Source of the DNA: Lingula anatina
Taxonomy: Eukaryota; Animalia; Brachiopoda
DNA length: 64,000 bases
Assembly: GCA_051362555.1 (NCBI GenBank)
Contig: CM120641.1
Coordinates: 13,144,001 to 13,208,000, forward strand
Reading direction: 5' to 3'
This document shows positions 11,189 through 35,095 of this stretch, in pieces. Both the position numbers and the translations under genes were made by a program. The first letter of the stretch is position 1; the number at the start of each line of letters is the position of its first letter. A model generated the notes under the pieces. That model worked only from the letters and a program-made list of their open reading frames with translations. It ran no database searches and had not been told where the DNA came from.

Positions 11189-14100
11189 ATGAATAAACGC
11201 CGTGCTCGGCCAATCGGTCTCTTTTTGCTAGGGCTGTGTGTCTTTACACAGACAGTAGCAGATCCGTGTACACCTGGTGATCCTGACCAATACCGGATTT
11301 TTGAAGCGTCGACATGGGTGAGAAACCGAGCGATAACAGCTGACTTAGGAACGATGAGTCTTATATGTGACAGGTAAATTTAATAGACTATTCCTATCTG
11401 CATTTAATATTTTATTTATTTTTATTACTATTATCATTATCAGTATGCCTGCTACATGTAGCCATGCTGGGCGAATCGAGGTTAAACCATTCAATGTGTC
11501 CCTGTCCCCCCACCCCCAACATACACTAGTCAAACCATAGATTTACAAAGAACATCATTTACATTATGGTAACAGTTAGAAGATGGGTTTACAGCCTGGT
11601 ATCCTCGATACGCTGTTAAATCCTAAGGAGCAAGCATTAAATTTTGATTAAAAAAGAGGCATTTTTTATTACTGCAGGTACCTGTCCCCTACGTCATGGT
11701 ACCGATTCACTGACAAGCAGGGGGACCGCATGGCAGATGCCACACCTAAGGCGCCTGTGCCGATGCAGTGCGGAACTGGTGCCCCCGTCTTCTTACGGGA
11801 CCCTCACCCAACCTTGGAAGAAGGGGCGAAAACTGAGGCTAGAGTTTGTGCTAACTACGGCATTCCTAATAATGAATGTAGTTGGACTGGAACCATACAC
11901 ATCAAACATTGTCCCAGTCGTTTTAACATGGACGGGTTTTATATCTATCGTGTTCAGCCTCCACCTGCATGTCCCATGGCGTATTGTGGCGTAGGTAATA
12001 TTCGCACATACTTTTTTTTTATTTTCCAGAGCAACGAAATTCAACCTGATATCCTGAAACAGTATTACCAATTACAGTTAGTTTAAGCTGTTATGGAAAG
12101 ATCATAATAAATAAATATAACATAAAGTTAAAGTATTAAAGTAATCAAACTTGCAGCCAAATGCCATATGTATATTTGTTCTGTTCTTTGTTAACCAGGC
12201 ACTGGAGCTGAAAAATGCCCCCCTGGGCAGTTACTGGATGGACAGCAGTGTATCCGTAAGATACATCATTTCATATTTTTAAGTACTGATCAAGTGCTGG
12301 AAACGAGTTTCATTTTGCGTAAAAAATAGCATAAATCAAAATTTAATGACGTTTGCGAAAAAAATCATTTGTTGCATTTGATGGTAATGTAGACCGTTTT
12401 TCTGGATTTTCAAACTTTAAACTTCATTTTCCTTCATTTTAATTTTAAAATTAAAACGCTCCGACCCATATAAAACGTGTTCATTTTTTTTACCCTAAGC
12501 TGCCTACCCAGAAGCTGCAGGTCGCCCGGAGGTCACTCCCCCTCGCCTGACCGGTAACACGTTCTATTTTGGTTGTGTTGTCCCTTACAATGGCATTATG
12601 CCTGAGAGGGCGAGATTTCAGGTTCAGTTTTTGGCTGATGGGCATCCGTTTGGTGGTCTCCATACGGCTTCCGATGACCATATCTGGCAAGTACATATAA
12701 ACCCCATGGATTTGAAAGGGAATTTAGGGAAACACGTGAGTAAAAATTACAAAACCTACCTCCCGTTTCTTCAAAAGTGATTTCCAATTGATAAATAAAC
12801 TGCTGGTTATACTACATGACGGTTTGAAAGGATTTTTAATTTTGTTTGTTTTATTGTTCCGTTTCTACAGTTTAATTAATCATTTTGGCTGTATAGTACA
12901 TGTATATTCACAAGTTATATCTTTTGTCGAGATCAAAATGTTTTTATATCCAGTAATAGGCAATTTTGTTAACAAAATGTTATGCCATTTATTTGGGCAC
13001 AACACAGACTCCCTCCGATGTTAGTGCAAGGCACGTCTTTTATTTCGATAGCTCATCATTTAGTCATCATCATCATTTAGAGCCTATAGTGTTCCACTGT
13101 TGGACAAAGGCCTCAGCATGCTTTTTCCATTGTTTCCTATCCTGAGCCTCAGATTTTCAGTTTGGCCAAGGTTTCTTCTTCCAAGACTTCCAGTAGTCAT
13201 CTAATTCATCCCTCCATCGTTTGACCGGCCTTCCTCTTTTTCTTTGTCCATACCTTGGGGTCCATTTTGTAAGCCTGATTGTCCACCTATTGTCCTTCAT
13301 TCTTTTGACATGTCCTGCCCACCTCCATTTCATTTCTTTAACTGTGAGCAGTACGTCCTTAACTTTGGTCTGTTCACGTAACCATACATTTTCCGCTCTC
13401 TTGGACTGATGTTCAACATAATTCTTTCCATCTTTCTCTGAGCTACTTGTAGCTTGTGTTCCATGGAGACATTCAGTGCCCAGGTCTCTGAACCATAGGT
13501 GATTGCCGGCAGCACACAAGCATTGAACACTTTCTTTTTCAGGCAGGTAGGAAGGTTGCTCTTGAAGATGTCATTGTGCCTCCCCTATGCTGCCCATCCT
13601 GCTTTTATCCTTCGTTGGATTTCTTTCTCCAGTGTTCGATCACTAAGGCTGAACCGTTGCCCAAGGTATATATACTCTTCTACTGCTTCTATCTCTTTGG
13701 TGTTGACCTTCACTGTGCAAGGGGTGGTTAGTGGTCCAAACATCACCTTTGTCTTGCTGGTGTTCATCTTTAGCCCACTTTTTGCGCTTTCATCTGCTAA
13801 CGCCTGTAGCATTTCTTCGAGGTCTTTTGCATCATCTGCTACTATTATGATGTCGTCTGCAAACCTAAGGTGATTGAGCCTGGTACCGTCTATGTTTATG
13901 CCCTTGTCCTGCCAGTCTAGATCCCTGAATATACGTTCCAATGCTGCTGTGAACAGTTTAGGAGAGATTGTATCTCCTTGGCGTACACCTTTCTTGATCC
14001 TGATCTTATTGGTGGTCTTGTGTAGTTTGACTGTTACAGAGCTATCAGTTTATATGTCTCTGAGGACGTCTACGTATCCATCTTCGATCCCTAGATCTTG

Positions 14101-17100
14101 CAGGGATGCCAGTATATACTGGGTTTCTACTGAGTCGAAGGCTTTTTCATAATCAACGAATGCTATCGATAGCTATCTATAGACATATCGTATGAGACAT
14201 TTTGGCAAGACATTTTTGTTACTCTGGAGTGAACTTCTGTAAACATCTATAAATCTTGTGTAGTAATTGTTTTTAACAGATAAGATGTCAGGTTCGTCCT
14301 TATTGGAGCGGCCACGCCATTACAAGCAGACCTGTCATCAGCAGAAATAACTACTTTGCTGGAATAAAGGTTTGTTTCCGTATATTGTAGATTTACTTTT
14401 ACAGTTAATTGAAAAATCAGTTAAATTATAATACTATATGAATAAGTCTTCTATGTGTCTTATTTCATAAATTCGAAACAATTTAGAAATACCATCCTTA
14501 AAAACCTGAACTGCAGAAATAAAAGTTATTTTATGCAGTTGCAAAATAGGCACATTATGTCTTTCATCATGCATTTCATCGTCTCCAGATAGCAGATATT
14601 AACGGCAATGACATCAACCAGATAGTCGTGCGGAAAGACGCACCGGAACCCACAGAAATCCAGTTATATTCAACAATTCCTGTCACCATGGAGACACACA
14701 AAATTATGTTTATACCTGGTTTGGAGAGCCAACTTTCTGTAATCCTGCGCACTGAAAGTCCCAGTGTGGCCAAGACCGTCGTAACATCTACATGCGAGAC
14801 GATATTCCTTCAACGAGACTGGAATCAGACGGCACATAAATTGTTTGGAAGCAAACCCGTCAAAATACAAGCCGTGATGGACAATGCACGGCCATCTGGT
14901 CGACCAGACATCCCCAAACTGTTGTATTTTACACCGATACCAGCGGCGCTGGGACAGAGCATTTGGGAAAATTATGTTCTTCCAGCATTCCAGGTAAATT
15001 GATTTTACATTATATTTTATACATTTATACACAAAAGTGTTGCTTTTTTATCATAGAAAACGTACATCTGACTTCTCTAAATGTCAAAACATTTTTGGTA
15101 ATGAAATGTGCACCACATGATATGTACTATAACACAACACCCTATACGTCGCTACTTGCAGAGGCCAGAGAGACAGGTGTTAGTCAAAATTACTTACTTC
15201 ACTAGTCAAACGTAGCTAACTTACGCCTAGCCAAACTTTGTGACTGCAGATAAGTCGACCATTCTCGGTTAAGGTTGTCTGATTAAGTTAATCTCAGTAC
15301 TAGCAGTAAATGTAATACTTCTGTCATAACTGTCGCTGGGCAGCTTAGGGAAAGATCCAGAAAAGTTTGTGGAAAGGCGCTGATCCAGAATTTCACAAAT
15401 TTCCTGAATTTTTGTGCCCCCCCCCCCCCCCAAAAAAAAAAGAACACTAAAATAGTTATTAGAAAAAAAGCATTGGCATCTCACCATTTTAAAAATTGTA
15501 GAGTTTAGTAGTGCGGGAAATTCAAAATGAAGTTACGTCTGCATTCTGCTTCTTGAAAGAAAAGACAACGTTAGACCTACTATTTACAACAACAAGTCAA
15601 TGCGTTTAGTTTCTAATTAGATGTTAAAATACATTAATGTCTAGGTAACCACAGTAGATGTGAACACGGGAATTTGCACTAGTGTCACGGATCCCCATCT
15701 GAAAACATTTGATGGCAGGTGAGTAAGGGAAAATTTATTACATACATGTGATAAACCATACGAGACATGTTTATCAAAATGCCTGCTCGTCCTAATAAAA
15801 TCATTTAAATAGTAAATTGGAAGCGAATAATGTTAGCTAACGACAATATACTCTTGTTAAATGTTCACGAATCTTGTGGTGAGGATGTTAAGTCAAGTCG
15901 GGTAATAAATCAAATTTGATTGGGGTTTTATTATTCAATTAAATGAAAGTGAAGTTGCATGTGCAGAATTAAGTGGCGCTTTTTATGTAATTTAAAAAAA
16001 GCCTTTTTATAAAATTTATACAAGTCTTTTTATGTAATTTATTTTTTAACAGAGTGGTGACAAAAGTATTGCACCATTTTGTTTTAAGGTGAACAACAAT
16101 TGGATTTGTTACGTTTCTCAATTTGTATATTATTGAAAACTGGCTATGTCAAGTTAGTATCTTTACTACAGGTATACATACTAGTTAGTGCTTTGCCCTT
16201 ACATACGCATATTATTATGTCAGTATTACTGTTTTGTAGGACACGGCCACCCTGACCATCCTTCTAGGCATAGACTGATAAGGATTCAGTAAATCTCCTG
16301 AGAGCTATGTTGGTCAAAACTGTAAAGACACTTTGGGTGAGATCAGTTTGGTAAAGGGACGATCCTTTGCCACTTAATTTCCAATCTCATTTCACGGTTT
16401 TTCAATGGGGTTTGCGTCTGGTGATTGGGCGGACCAGTCCACTCTGTGGTTCAGGTTTCTAGGATCAACCCCAGTTAGCCAATTACGAAGAAACCAATGC
16501 ACCCCCAAACTATTATGTAAGTGCCCAGTCTGGCAAATAAATACATGCATGTTCTTTGGATAAGAAGTTGACGACGTTCTCCATACTCTCACTCGTCCAC
16601 CCATGTAATTGTTATCACTGAATATGGTCTCATCAGAAAATACAAAATGGCGCCAGTTCTGACCTACGGCCCATGCAATGGTTCTTGCAGCCCACCTCAC
16701 TCTTCTTCATCTGTTTACCAAGGTGTTAAGTGGTTTCCACCGGGAACGCTTGTGTTAATTTCAGAAATATGGAGTCTTCTTTGGAAAGTTCTTTTTTTAA
16801 CCTCAACCTGTAAATTGCGCAAGCACAGCAAAGCTACCATTTAGTACAGTTAAAACTGTGATTCAGCTAGTCAAAATACTAATTTCAAGAGGAGACCATT
16901 ATTGTGATTATTTTCAAAAATCGAAGGGAGAGGTGAGGACCCCCCCCCACCCCCACCCCCCGGACATCCCCCCAAATCCGCCACTGCGCCTGTTGTCTCT
17001 GGCACTAGTGTTCTTCGGGCTAGCTACTTTGTGGTAACGTATGACCTTCACCAGTGTCTTACATCCTTGTGCAAACCCGTATACACTCTGGCCAAATACA

Positions 17101-18259
17101 TGTACAATGTCTGGCGGCTATCTGGGGGACACCTGAACCCTACTCCCGCAGAGAATCAATTTCTTTTCTTTGTTTATTTGTGAACCCCCGTACCTTCACC
17201 TTGGTAGCAACTTGAGACCATTTATAGTGCACATGGATGAAAATTCATCACTGGTTATGTGAGCAATAAACCGTGAATCACTTTTCACGAACGGTTGTCC
17301 CCCACCCCCGTCACATACCGCACTATCTGCACGGGTGGTGCAATACTTCTGTCACCCTTCTGTAATTGTTTCTTTAGTATAGGTTTAATATAACACTTAC
17401 ACAAGCTTTCAAGCTGTGTTACTCATTCTTATTGGCGTCGTCATGTTTAAACGTTTTATTTCAGACAAATGAGTATTTGAGTTCAATGGCGATTTTACAA
17501 GAAGGTGCAGGAGTCTGCCCCTCCCCCCTTTTATTTAAGATTAATGGAAATAAATTATCATTGAATCTTGTGTGTCTTCTTAATTTTATAGACGATTTGA
17601 TATCCTGCGTGAGTTTGGAGAATTTGTCTTGACCAGATCTAAATATGGAGAATTTGAGGTAACAATTCTGTTCAAAGCTTTTCGATGAATAGCTACATTG
17701 ACAAGTTGTTTATTCAATTGTAAGGTGATGATCGAAAAAGAAGGGTTTCAATGTAATATTTTTGTATCAATTAATATGCAAAATCCAGAGTTTATACAGA
17801 TTTTTTTATTTCTTATTTATTTCCTGTTAAAGGTTCGCGAACGGCATTGGTCTTGCTCGAGCTCTGGTGTGGCATGCAACTGTGGTGTAGCGGCGAGGGA
17901 AGGTCCCCACATCTTAATAGTAGACCTTTGCCATGGTAACGTCGACCAACTACGAAAAGCAAAACTACAACCGAGGGTGTATTACAGGACTACGGCTATA
18001 ACGGGGACGTTACCGAACGGGACGTACATCCATTCTGATTCCACGGGCAAAAAATATATAGTACGTTAATTCACAATCTAAGATACGCAGTGCGTGTTTA
18101 GCCTCTTCCAGTAACCGTCGTCCAATCCTGGTGTTATATTATATTTTATCCTGGTGTTATAGGCCTACGTATATATATTTTGGAAATTGCTTTTTGAAGT
18201 GGGGGACACGCACACACGCATATTTCATTTTTATTTGTAATTTTAATACAAATGTATAA

Positions 18260-18290
<31 letters not shown>

Positions 18291-18359
18291 CTGATATGTG
18301 CGTGGCTTAAAAATATGATTAAATATGCTTTAATAACACGTATAACAATACACGTATAA

Positions 18360-18413
<54 letters not shown>

Positions 18414-20877
18414 GTTTTAGTTGAAGTTTGCGTCTGGCGCCTGGGTGGAAGCCCGCGTAAACAGATATTGGGGTCTAGATATAACAGTCAGCGTTCCCAG
18501 TGGTTACAAGAACCACATGGCTGGATTGTGCGGTAATTATGACGACCAGAGTCATAATGACATCGTTGGATCTCTTCCAAATTTCATTTCAAACAACAAG
18601 TAAGTTGAGGACATCAAACGTTGTGTAATTTTTCACGATAAAAAAGCTCATATCCAAAATGTGTAGATAGATTAAATGTAAAGCATCAAATATTCAATAT
18701 GCCATGATTTAAAATGATATAACTACATGTGTTAATTTTCATATAAACCCTATTTTCTTTTTTTTTTTCGCATCAAGAGTTACAGTTGAAGACAGCTACT
18801 TCGGTCGAAAGCTTCCGTGCCCGTTACCTTTGGCAAGAACCCTTCAAGACTTCTGCTATTGCAATAAAACGGGGGAAGAGAGATTCGTATGCGACTACGC
18901 CAAAGTTGTACCAGATCCCACCGACCTGACGAACATGAAGCCAGTAAAACCTATCATCACTCCTCAGACATGTGGAAAACGGAAGCGACGGGACATTGAG
19001 GACCTTATGATGTCCTCTGATGACGTCATGAAATTTGACGATTACGTGTACACACCCGTGGTCCCAACTGCACGGCAGCCTGTAGTTATAAAACCCCGTG
19101 TTGTGCCTGGTGGGCCTGGTGATGGACCCGGGAGGAATATGCAGGCTATGGGTGATTTATTTGTGTCTGCTCGCCGGGAACCGTTGGTGGCCTACCCTCA
19201 ACCATACTGGCAGGATGCATTTACAAGTGTTGAGCCTGATGGGTTTGGTGGGGAGTTCCAACCTCAGAAGATCCGGTCAAACTGGCAGTTTGCACCTACA
19301 AACCCCCGTGTTGTGCCTCGTTGGTTTGGTGTTGGACCCGGCAGGAATGTGCAGGCTATGGGTGGTTTAATGTTGAAAGTCGCACCAGTGTCTGTTGACG
19401 AAGTACCGGTGGTGATCCAGCCTCAGGAGATCAGGCGCATCTGCAGTGAGGCCATCGAGACCTCTTCAATTTCGACACTGTGCAAGGATCTCCCCGGGTT
19501 TGACGTCAGCTCCACGATGGAAGAATGTATATCTGATATTAAGGTGCGGAAAAGACATTATTCATTTAATCAGTTTAATTGTAGGCTATATGACGTGCTC
19601 AAAAGGGGACTATTAACTGACTCTTCCGTAAACGCTAATCCTAAAGTGTGCCTTTTCTCCCTTTCGGATAAGGGTGTCACATGTCTAATGAAAAGGTAAG
19701 GGTTGCTGTATCCGCCTGTGTTTGATAAAGATACACGTATGGAAATTATTAAACGTTTTGACCAAAGATTCATTCTCAAAAACTGCACCGAAGTTACCGA
19801 TAAATCAATATTATTTAGAAATATATAACACAGATCAACTTTTCCATGGCACTTTCTTCAATCAAACACTTTGTTTTTTAATATCCAGTTGACAAACGAC
19901 GTAACGTTTGCAGAAGCCGCTTCCGACAATATGGAGGACCGCTGCATCCAGTATGCATCCACGCTTTCCAGTGAGAAAGAAAATGTTCAGAAAATCTTGC
20001 GTCTACGCTGTCCTCGTCAATGTAGCGGACAGGGTCGGTGCGACAATGGACAGTGTCACTGTCACGCTGGATTCACTGCTGAGGACTGCTCGGTCAGGAC
20101 AGATAGCATCCCCAGCGTGTTCTTCAGAATATCTGGGCGCGCTGTGCAAAAGCGTTTCTGCGATGCGCTCAGACGGCCATGTTTGACGACCCGACTTCAA
20201 GCGACTGGAGCGTTCTACAGGAGTTCGAATCTCACTTGCAAGATACAACACATAGTGGTAAGTGAAGAATTGTCTATTTTGAATAATTCGTTTGCACCCG
20301 TTCCAGCGATTGGGACGTTATACAGACTGGCCAAATAATTTACAACATAAATGTAGACATGGACATAGCATGGTTTCAATTATTACTTTTTAAAAGATGA
20401 ATCGACTTGGCAGCCAATGCAAATGATAGAGTGTTTCAGTTTTGTTCTTGTAGCATTTAAAAGATCTAAATAACACCTAAAATAACCGTGTTTCGTGTAG
20501 AGAAAAATTCCGAAAGCTGAGAAAAATGCTTGGGGGAGTTGTTGAAGGTGTACAATAAGTACTTTTGATAAAAAAAAACCCTGTATTTTCAGATGACATA
20601 CAATGGACACGAGTTCGTGGAGAGTGGAGTTACAACCAAAAACACGAAGGCGGAGTTCGTGTCATTCGGCGAAGTGATCTGCCACATTCCCAGTACAGTG
20701 CGGAGTGCTGTGCTAGCGAAACCAATTGCAGGCCAAGCAGTTCATGTTGTTGTTAGATTGCAAATATCGGTCAGTAATGATGGCGTTCGATTCTCCAATG
20801 AAGTGAATCTGTTGGTGTTTAATTCCAAACGCGTGGAGTATAACAGCCGCACGCAGAGCTGGGAACCGAAAGTGTAA
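11189..20877 (+). CDS. VWDE-like secreted protein, tandem paralog B (about 1085 aa)
   Basis: Same 13-exon structure, open frame (3258 nt): 11189-11373, 11678-11994, 12199-12255, 12500-12735, 14280-14369, 14589-14993, 15645-15718, 17592-17658, 17833-18060, 18421-18599, 18778-19543, 19889-20257, 20593-20877. Exon 11 is 228 nt longer than in paralog A; last exon translates identically. Confidence 0.88.
13054..14165 (-). mobile_element. 5'-truncated RTE-clade non-LTR retrotransposon (RT C-terminal half, inactivated) in intron 4 of paralog B
   Basis: Minus-strand translation [12 protein letters not shown]...[13 protein letters not shown]...NHLRFADD...YIYLG...[12 protein letters not shown]...[15 protein letters not shown]; in-frame TAG near 13585 and a frameshift; (ATG)n-type 3' tail at 13054-13075; 9-bp TSD TCGATAGCT at 13045-13053 and 14166-14174; absent from paralog A. 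Confidence 0.93.
16050..17362 (-). mobile_element. Degenerate Tc1-type transposon, same site in paralog B intron 7 (insertion predates the gene duplication)
   Basis: TIRs CAGAGTGGTGACAAAAGTATTGCACCA / TGGTGCAATACTTCTGTCACCCTTCTG|TA; ORF 16392-16700 contains WRHFVFSDE and [13 protein letters not shown]. Confidence 0.87.
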
Positions 20878-23800
20878 GAGAAAGAATTATAGTTTGTGTA
20901 ATTTAATTTTTTTTAAAGATATTAAACTATCTACCTTTTTGGTGAAAGATTTGCTTTGCTTGCCAAATGAAGTGCCTCGCCTTTTCAGATGTTTTAACAT
21001 AAATTTAAAAAAAATTGTAAGTAATATTTTATTTCAAGTAACGAATTGTTGCCAAATGATCAGTGTGCAGCGCTTCAAGGATGCAGATTCAGGTTCAGAT
21101 AACGTGCGTCAAAATTAATTAATTACGTTTAACTAGAAACTTTACAGCGATTTGCTGCGATCCTAATAGGTTTTGGAGAACACGACGATTACAAAGGACA
21201 CTTTGTGCAGTTAAATTATTCGAATTTCGTAATTTCCTACGTCATGTGGTTTGTCCTTGTCTTTCTTCAATAGCATAGTACACATTAATTTTGATTAAAA
21301 TATTTTAAGTGCAAAATGAAAAAACCTCCTAATGGTGCTTGCAGGGATGCAAAATGCAGCGAACTTTTGTATTCTACATACTAGTAAAAAAATACCAGGG
21401 GTGCTCTGCATTACATACTGGACATAAAACTGTGGAATTATGGACAGTATCGTATGGACATTTGATTCATACTCAACACGAATCCTCCTGCAAGACAAGT
21501 GGTTTACTTTTCATTATTTTCTCAAGGAAAAATTCTGAAGTATATTGGTCTGCTTGTTTTGTTTGCAAAAAAAAAAAATAAATAAATAAAAATAAATAAA
21601 AAGAAATAAAAACTAAATGAAGAGTTCCCAAGTCCTTGCTTCTCGACAAGTTTTCATTTACCCAAGATGTCATTTGCTTCCACTTGAGGGTGAACACACA
21701 ATTTGGCAAAGCTAGACTCCAAAATGCAAAAAATAAGTCAATATCCATTCATATTTTTATTTGTAGCTGCTTCCTTTACATGTTCAATACTGTGAATAAG
21801 TATCTTCTGTCAAATATGCAGTTGTGATGACTGCTACATGTATTTACACTGCTACATATTACATGGGGGAAAAGCTGTACAGAAGTGAAAAGAGGCAAAT
21901 AAGCATTGTAAACATATTGAACTTCCCAGTCATTGTCAATCTACTTGAGTGGAAATAAATTGAATATTACTCATGAACAGAAGTTTAATATATGTGGATT
22001 CAGTATATTATTGTAAAGTCAAAAGCTATTCTACAGCTGTACAGAGCTGCAGTACCACGTTATACTCAATAACAAAACAAAAACAACCACATCATTAAAC
22101 TGTTAAACACCCAAGAACGTCAAGGCAAGAAGACAGCAGTAGCAATGCAAGCAACTCCCCTTTACCTTTAAGAGAGTACAAATGGGGACCCTTTTATTAG
22201 TACAAGAACCCCTTTAGTTCTGATCCATTTTAAAATAGAAAACTCTTGGTGTTGAACAGCAAGGCATCAACTCTTTCAACACAACCACGTACATAAAATA
22301 CTCTCTCACAAATAACATGTAATATCATCTAATAAATTAAACCCATTTCAATAAAATTTGTCTGCGAGTCAGCTCCACTCTTAAGTGGGTTTTTAAGGTG
22401 GGTTGTGATGTTTGAAAGATTTTCCCTTTTCTCCATCTACACTAAAATATCCAAAGAAAGCCATGTTTTAAGGTAGAATCAATCACAGTAAAAATATCTA
22501 TAAATCGAAAGGAGAGTGCCAATCCTATGTCAAAGTGACTAGTTAGAAAAATGGAACAGAAAAATAATTTGTTCAGTTACAATGTACACAGCTACAAAGC
22601 CAATCTTTACGTGTGCATATTATTATAGAAGGGTAGAAGGTGGGGGGGGGGGGGGGGGGTATTGTGGTGGAAGACATAACATATTCAATACAACAAACTA
22701 TTGGATCTGGGTTTTATACAAGAATGAAAATGAAAAATCCCAATACTGTTTTTTCTGTGCAAGGGAAAGAAATCAAATCCTTAAATTTGTGGGAAAGAAA
22801 CCGATTCTACTGCTAAGGTCAAGTATTCCAGAACTACCATTCATGTAACCTTTTTGAAAAGGATACTACATGTCACTTTAAAAAAACTGCAACCTCTTCA
22901 ATGCGATTGCTATATATCCAAGCTGCAACATTAATTGCAACAATGAATGAAATACAAGTACAGTGCACTTGAAAACATATTAAAACTCATTTTCTGGGAT
23001 GTTATAACTCCTTGTTCAGCAGTTGGTAGTTCTTGCTTCTGTTAGAAATAATGAAGTATTATTCATTATTTTTAATAACCTATGTATTCTGAGGTGGATT
23101 TTAATAAGTGACTTGGTCATTGCACTGATATAAAATGGTAACAACAGTGATATTATACTGTAAATAGATGTTATACAATAACAATGACAAGTCCCTTGAA
23201 AACTTATATTAGCATGATTCAACTAATACAATGGTAATTCCAGATGAATAGACTAAACAGTCTATAGCCGGGAATTGATTAAACCAATAATGCATTTATC
23301 AACATGTCAATTCCACATTCAGCATTGTAAATGTGCATGTATTATTTCATTAAAGTGAATTATAACATATCGTTGCACAAAAAAGTGCATAATAATATTC
23401 CTTAAAATTTTCACTAGTTTTAAGGCAACTTTCACCCTAATTTTTAATTTATTTTTTCTTTTCTTTTAAGATCTCCTTTCACAGTAAAAGGCAATCTTAC
23501 ACACAACACACAGATATAACATAAATACTCTTGGACTAGCACCAAAACATTTCACTCCAATCACACTTTGTGAGTGCAACAACCTACAGCTACTGGCACA
23601 TTTGTACAATATTCACACCAGACCCTGTGAACTGCAAACAGCATTTCATCAAACTTTACCAAACAGGGGCCTTCAAAATCTCCTGTAAAAGAGGAGACTT
23701 CGTTTGATTCTTTATAGCACTCTCATCTTGGCAGTATACACAAATATTCATATTTATATATAAAGTTGTGTTTGTATGTATATATCTGGTGAATGTGTGT

Positions 23801-24031
23801 GTAAATGTATATTTTCTGTTGACTTGTAAAAGTAAAATCTTGATTGCACAACAATAATCCCAACACCCCACTGCCAAAATCCTCTATCAATCTGTTTCCA
23901 GTTCTTTCTCATCCTCTTTATTGCAATAATCATGTTTGATTAGACCTTGTTGCACACAAGCGATGGTATCTCCCACCCTTTCGGAAAATTCTCCAAAGGC
24001 AGTTGGCGTTATGCATTATGGACATCTCTTG

Positions 24032-34842
<10,811 letters not shown>

Positions 34843-35095
34843 GGTGAATACAGAACGATAAAATAATTAAAAACAAAGACGAAATGCAGATCAGTAATCA
34901 CAATGCAGCCATATTGAAATATGATAATGACCTACTTTCGAGCGTTCTTCCAATGAAATAACGTTTTTTCAGTCACGTGCGCTACATCACCAATAGCATA
35001 CGCGTGAACTGGGATACCCCCGGCGGAATTCCATAGGGCAGGATGAATATAAGGAGGGGGGATTTTTTGCGATTATTTCCTGAGATGTAAACGCG
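34843..35095. promoter_or_regulatory. Compact bidirectional promoter and 5' UTR region between FBXO11 and EFCAB11
   Basis: Divergent ATGs at 34842 (-) and 35096 (+); CpG-richer than flanks; GTCACGTG E-box at 34972-34979; CCAAT at about 34950 and 34990. Confidence 0.75.

Noticed and set aside
13499-14152. Plus-strand ORFs of 124 and 92 aa
   Set aside because: Antisense shadows of the RTE reverse transcriptase.
400-20880. Possibility that the VWDE-like pair is a haplotype mis-assembly
   Set aside because: Strong intron divergence, five copy-specific insertions and a structured junction with a third exon-1 relic favour a real duplication; read depth would be needed to exclude it fully.
21000-24031. 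Short ORFs between paralog B and FBXO11
   Set aside because: AT-rich 3' UTR or intergenic sequence; no splice-consistent or recognisable product.
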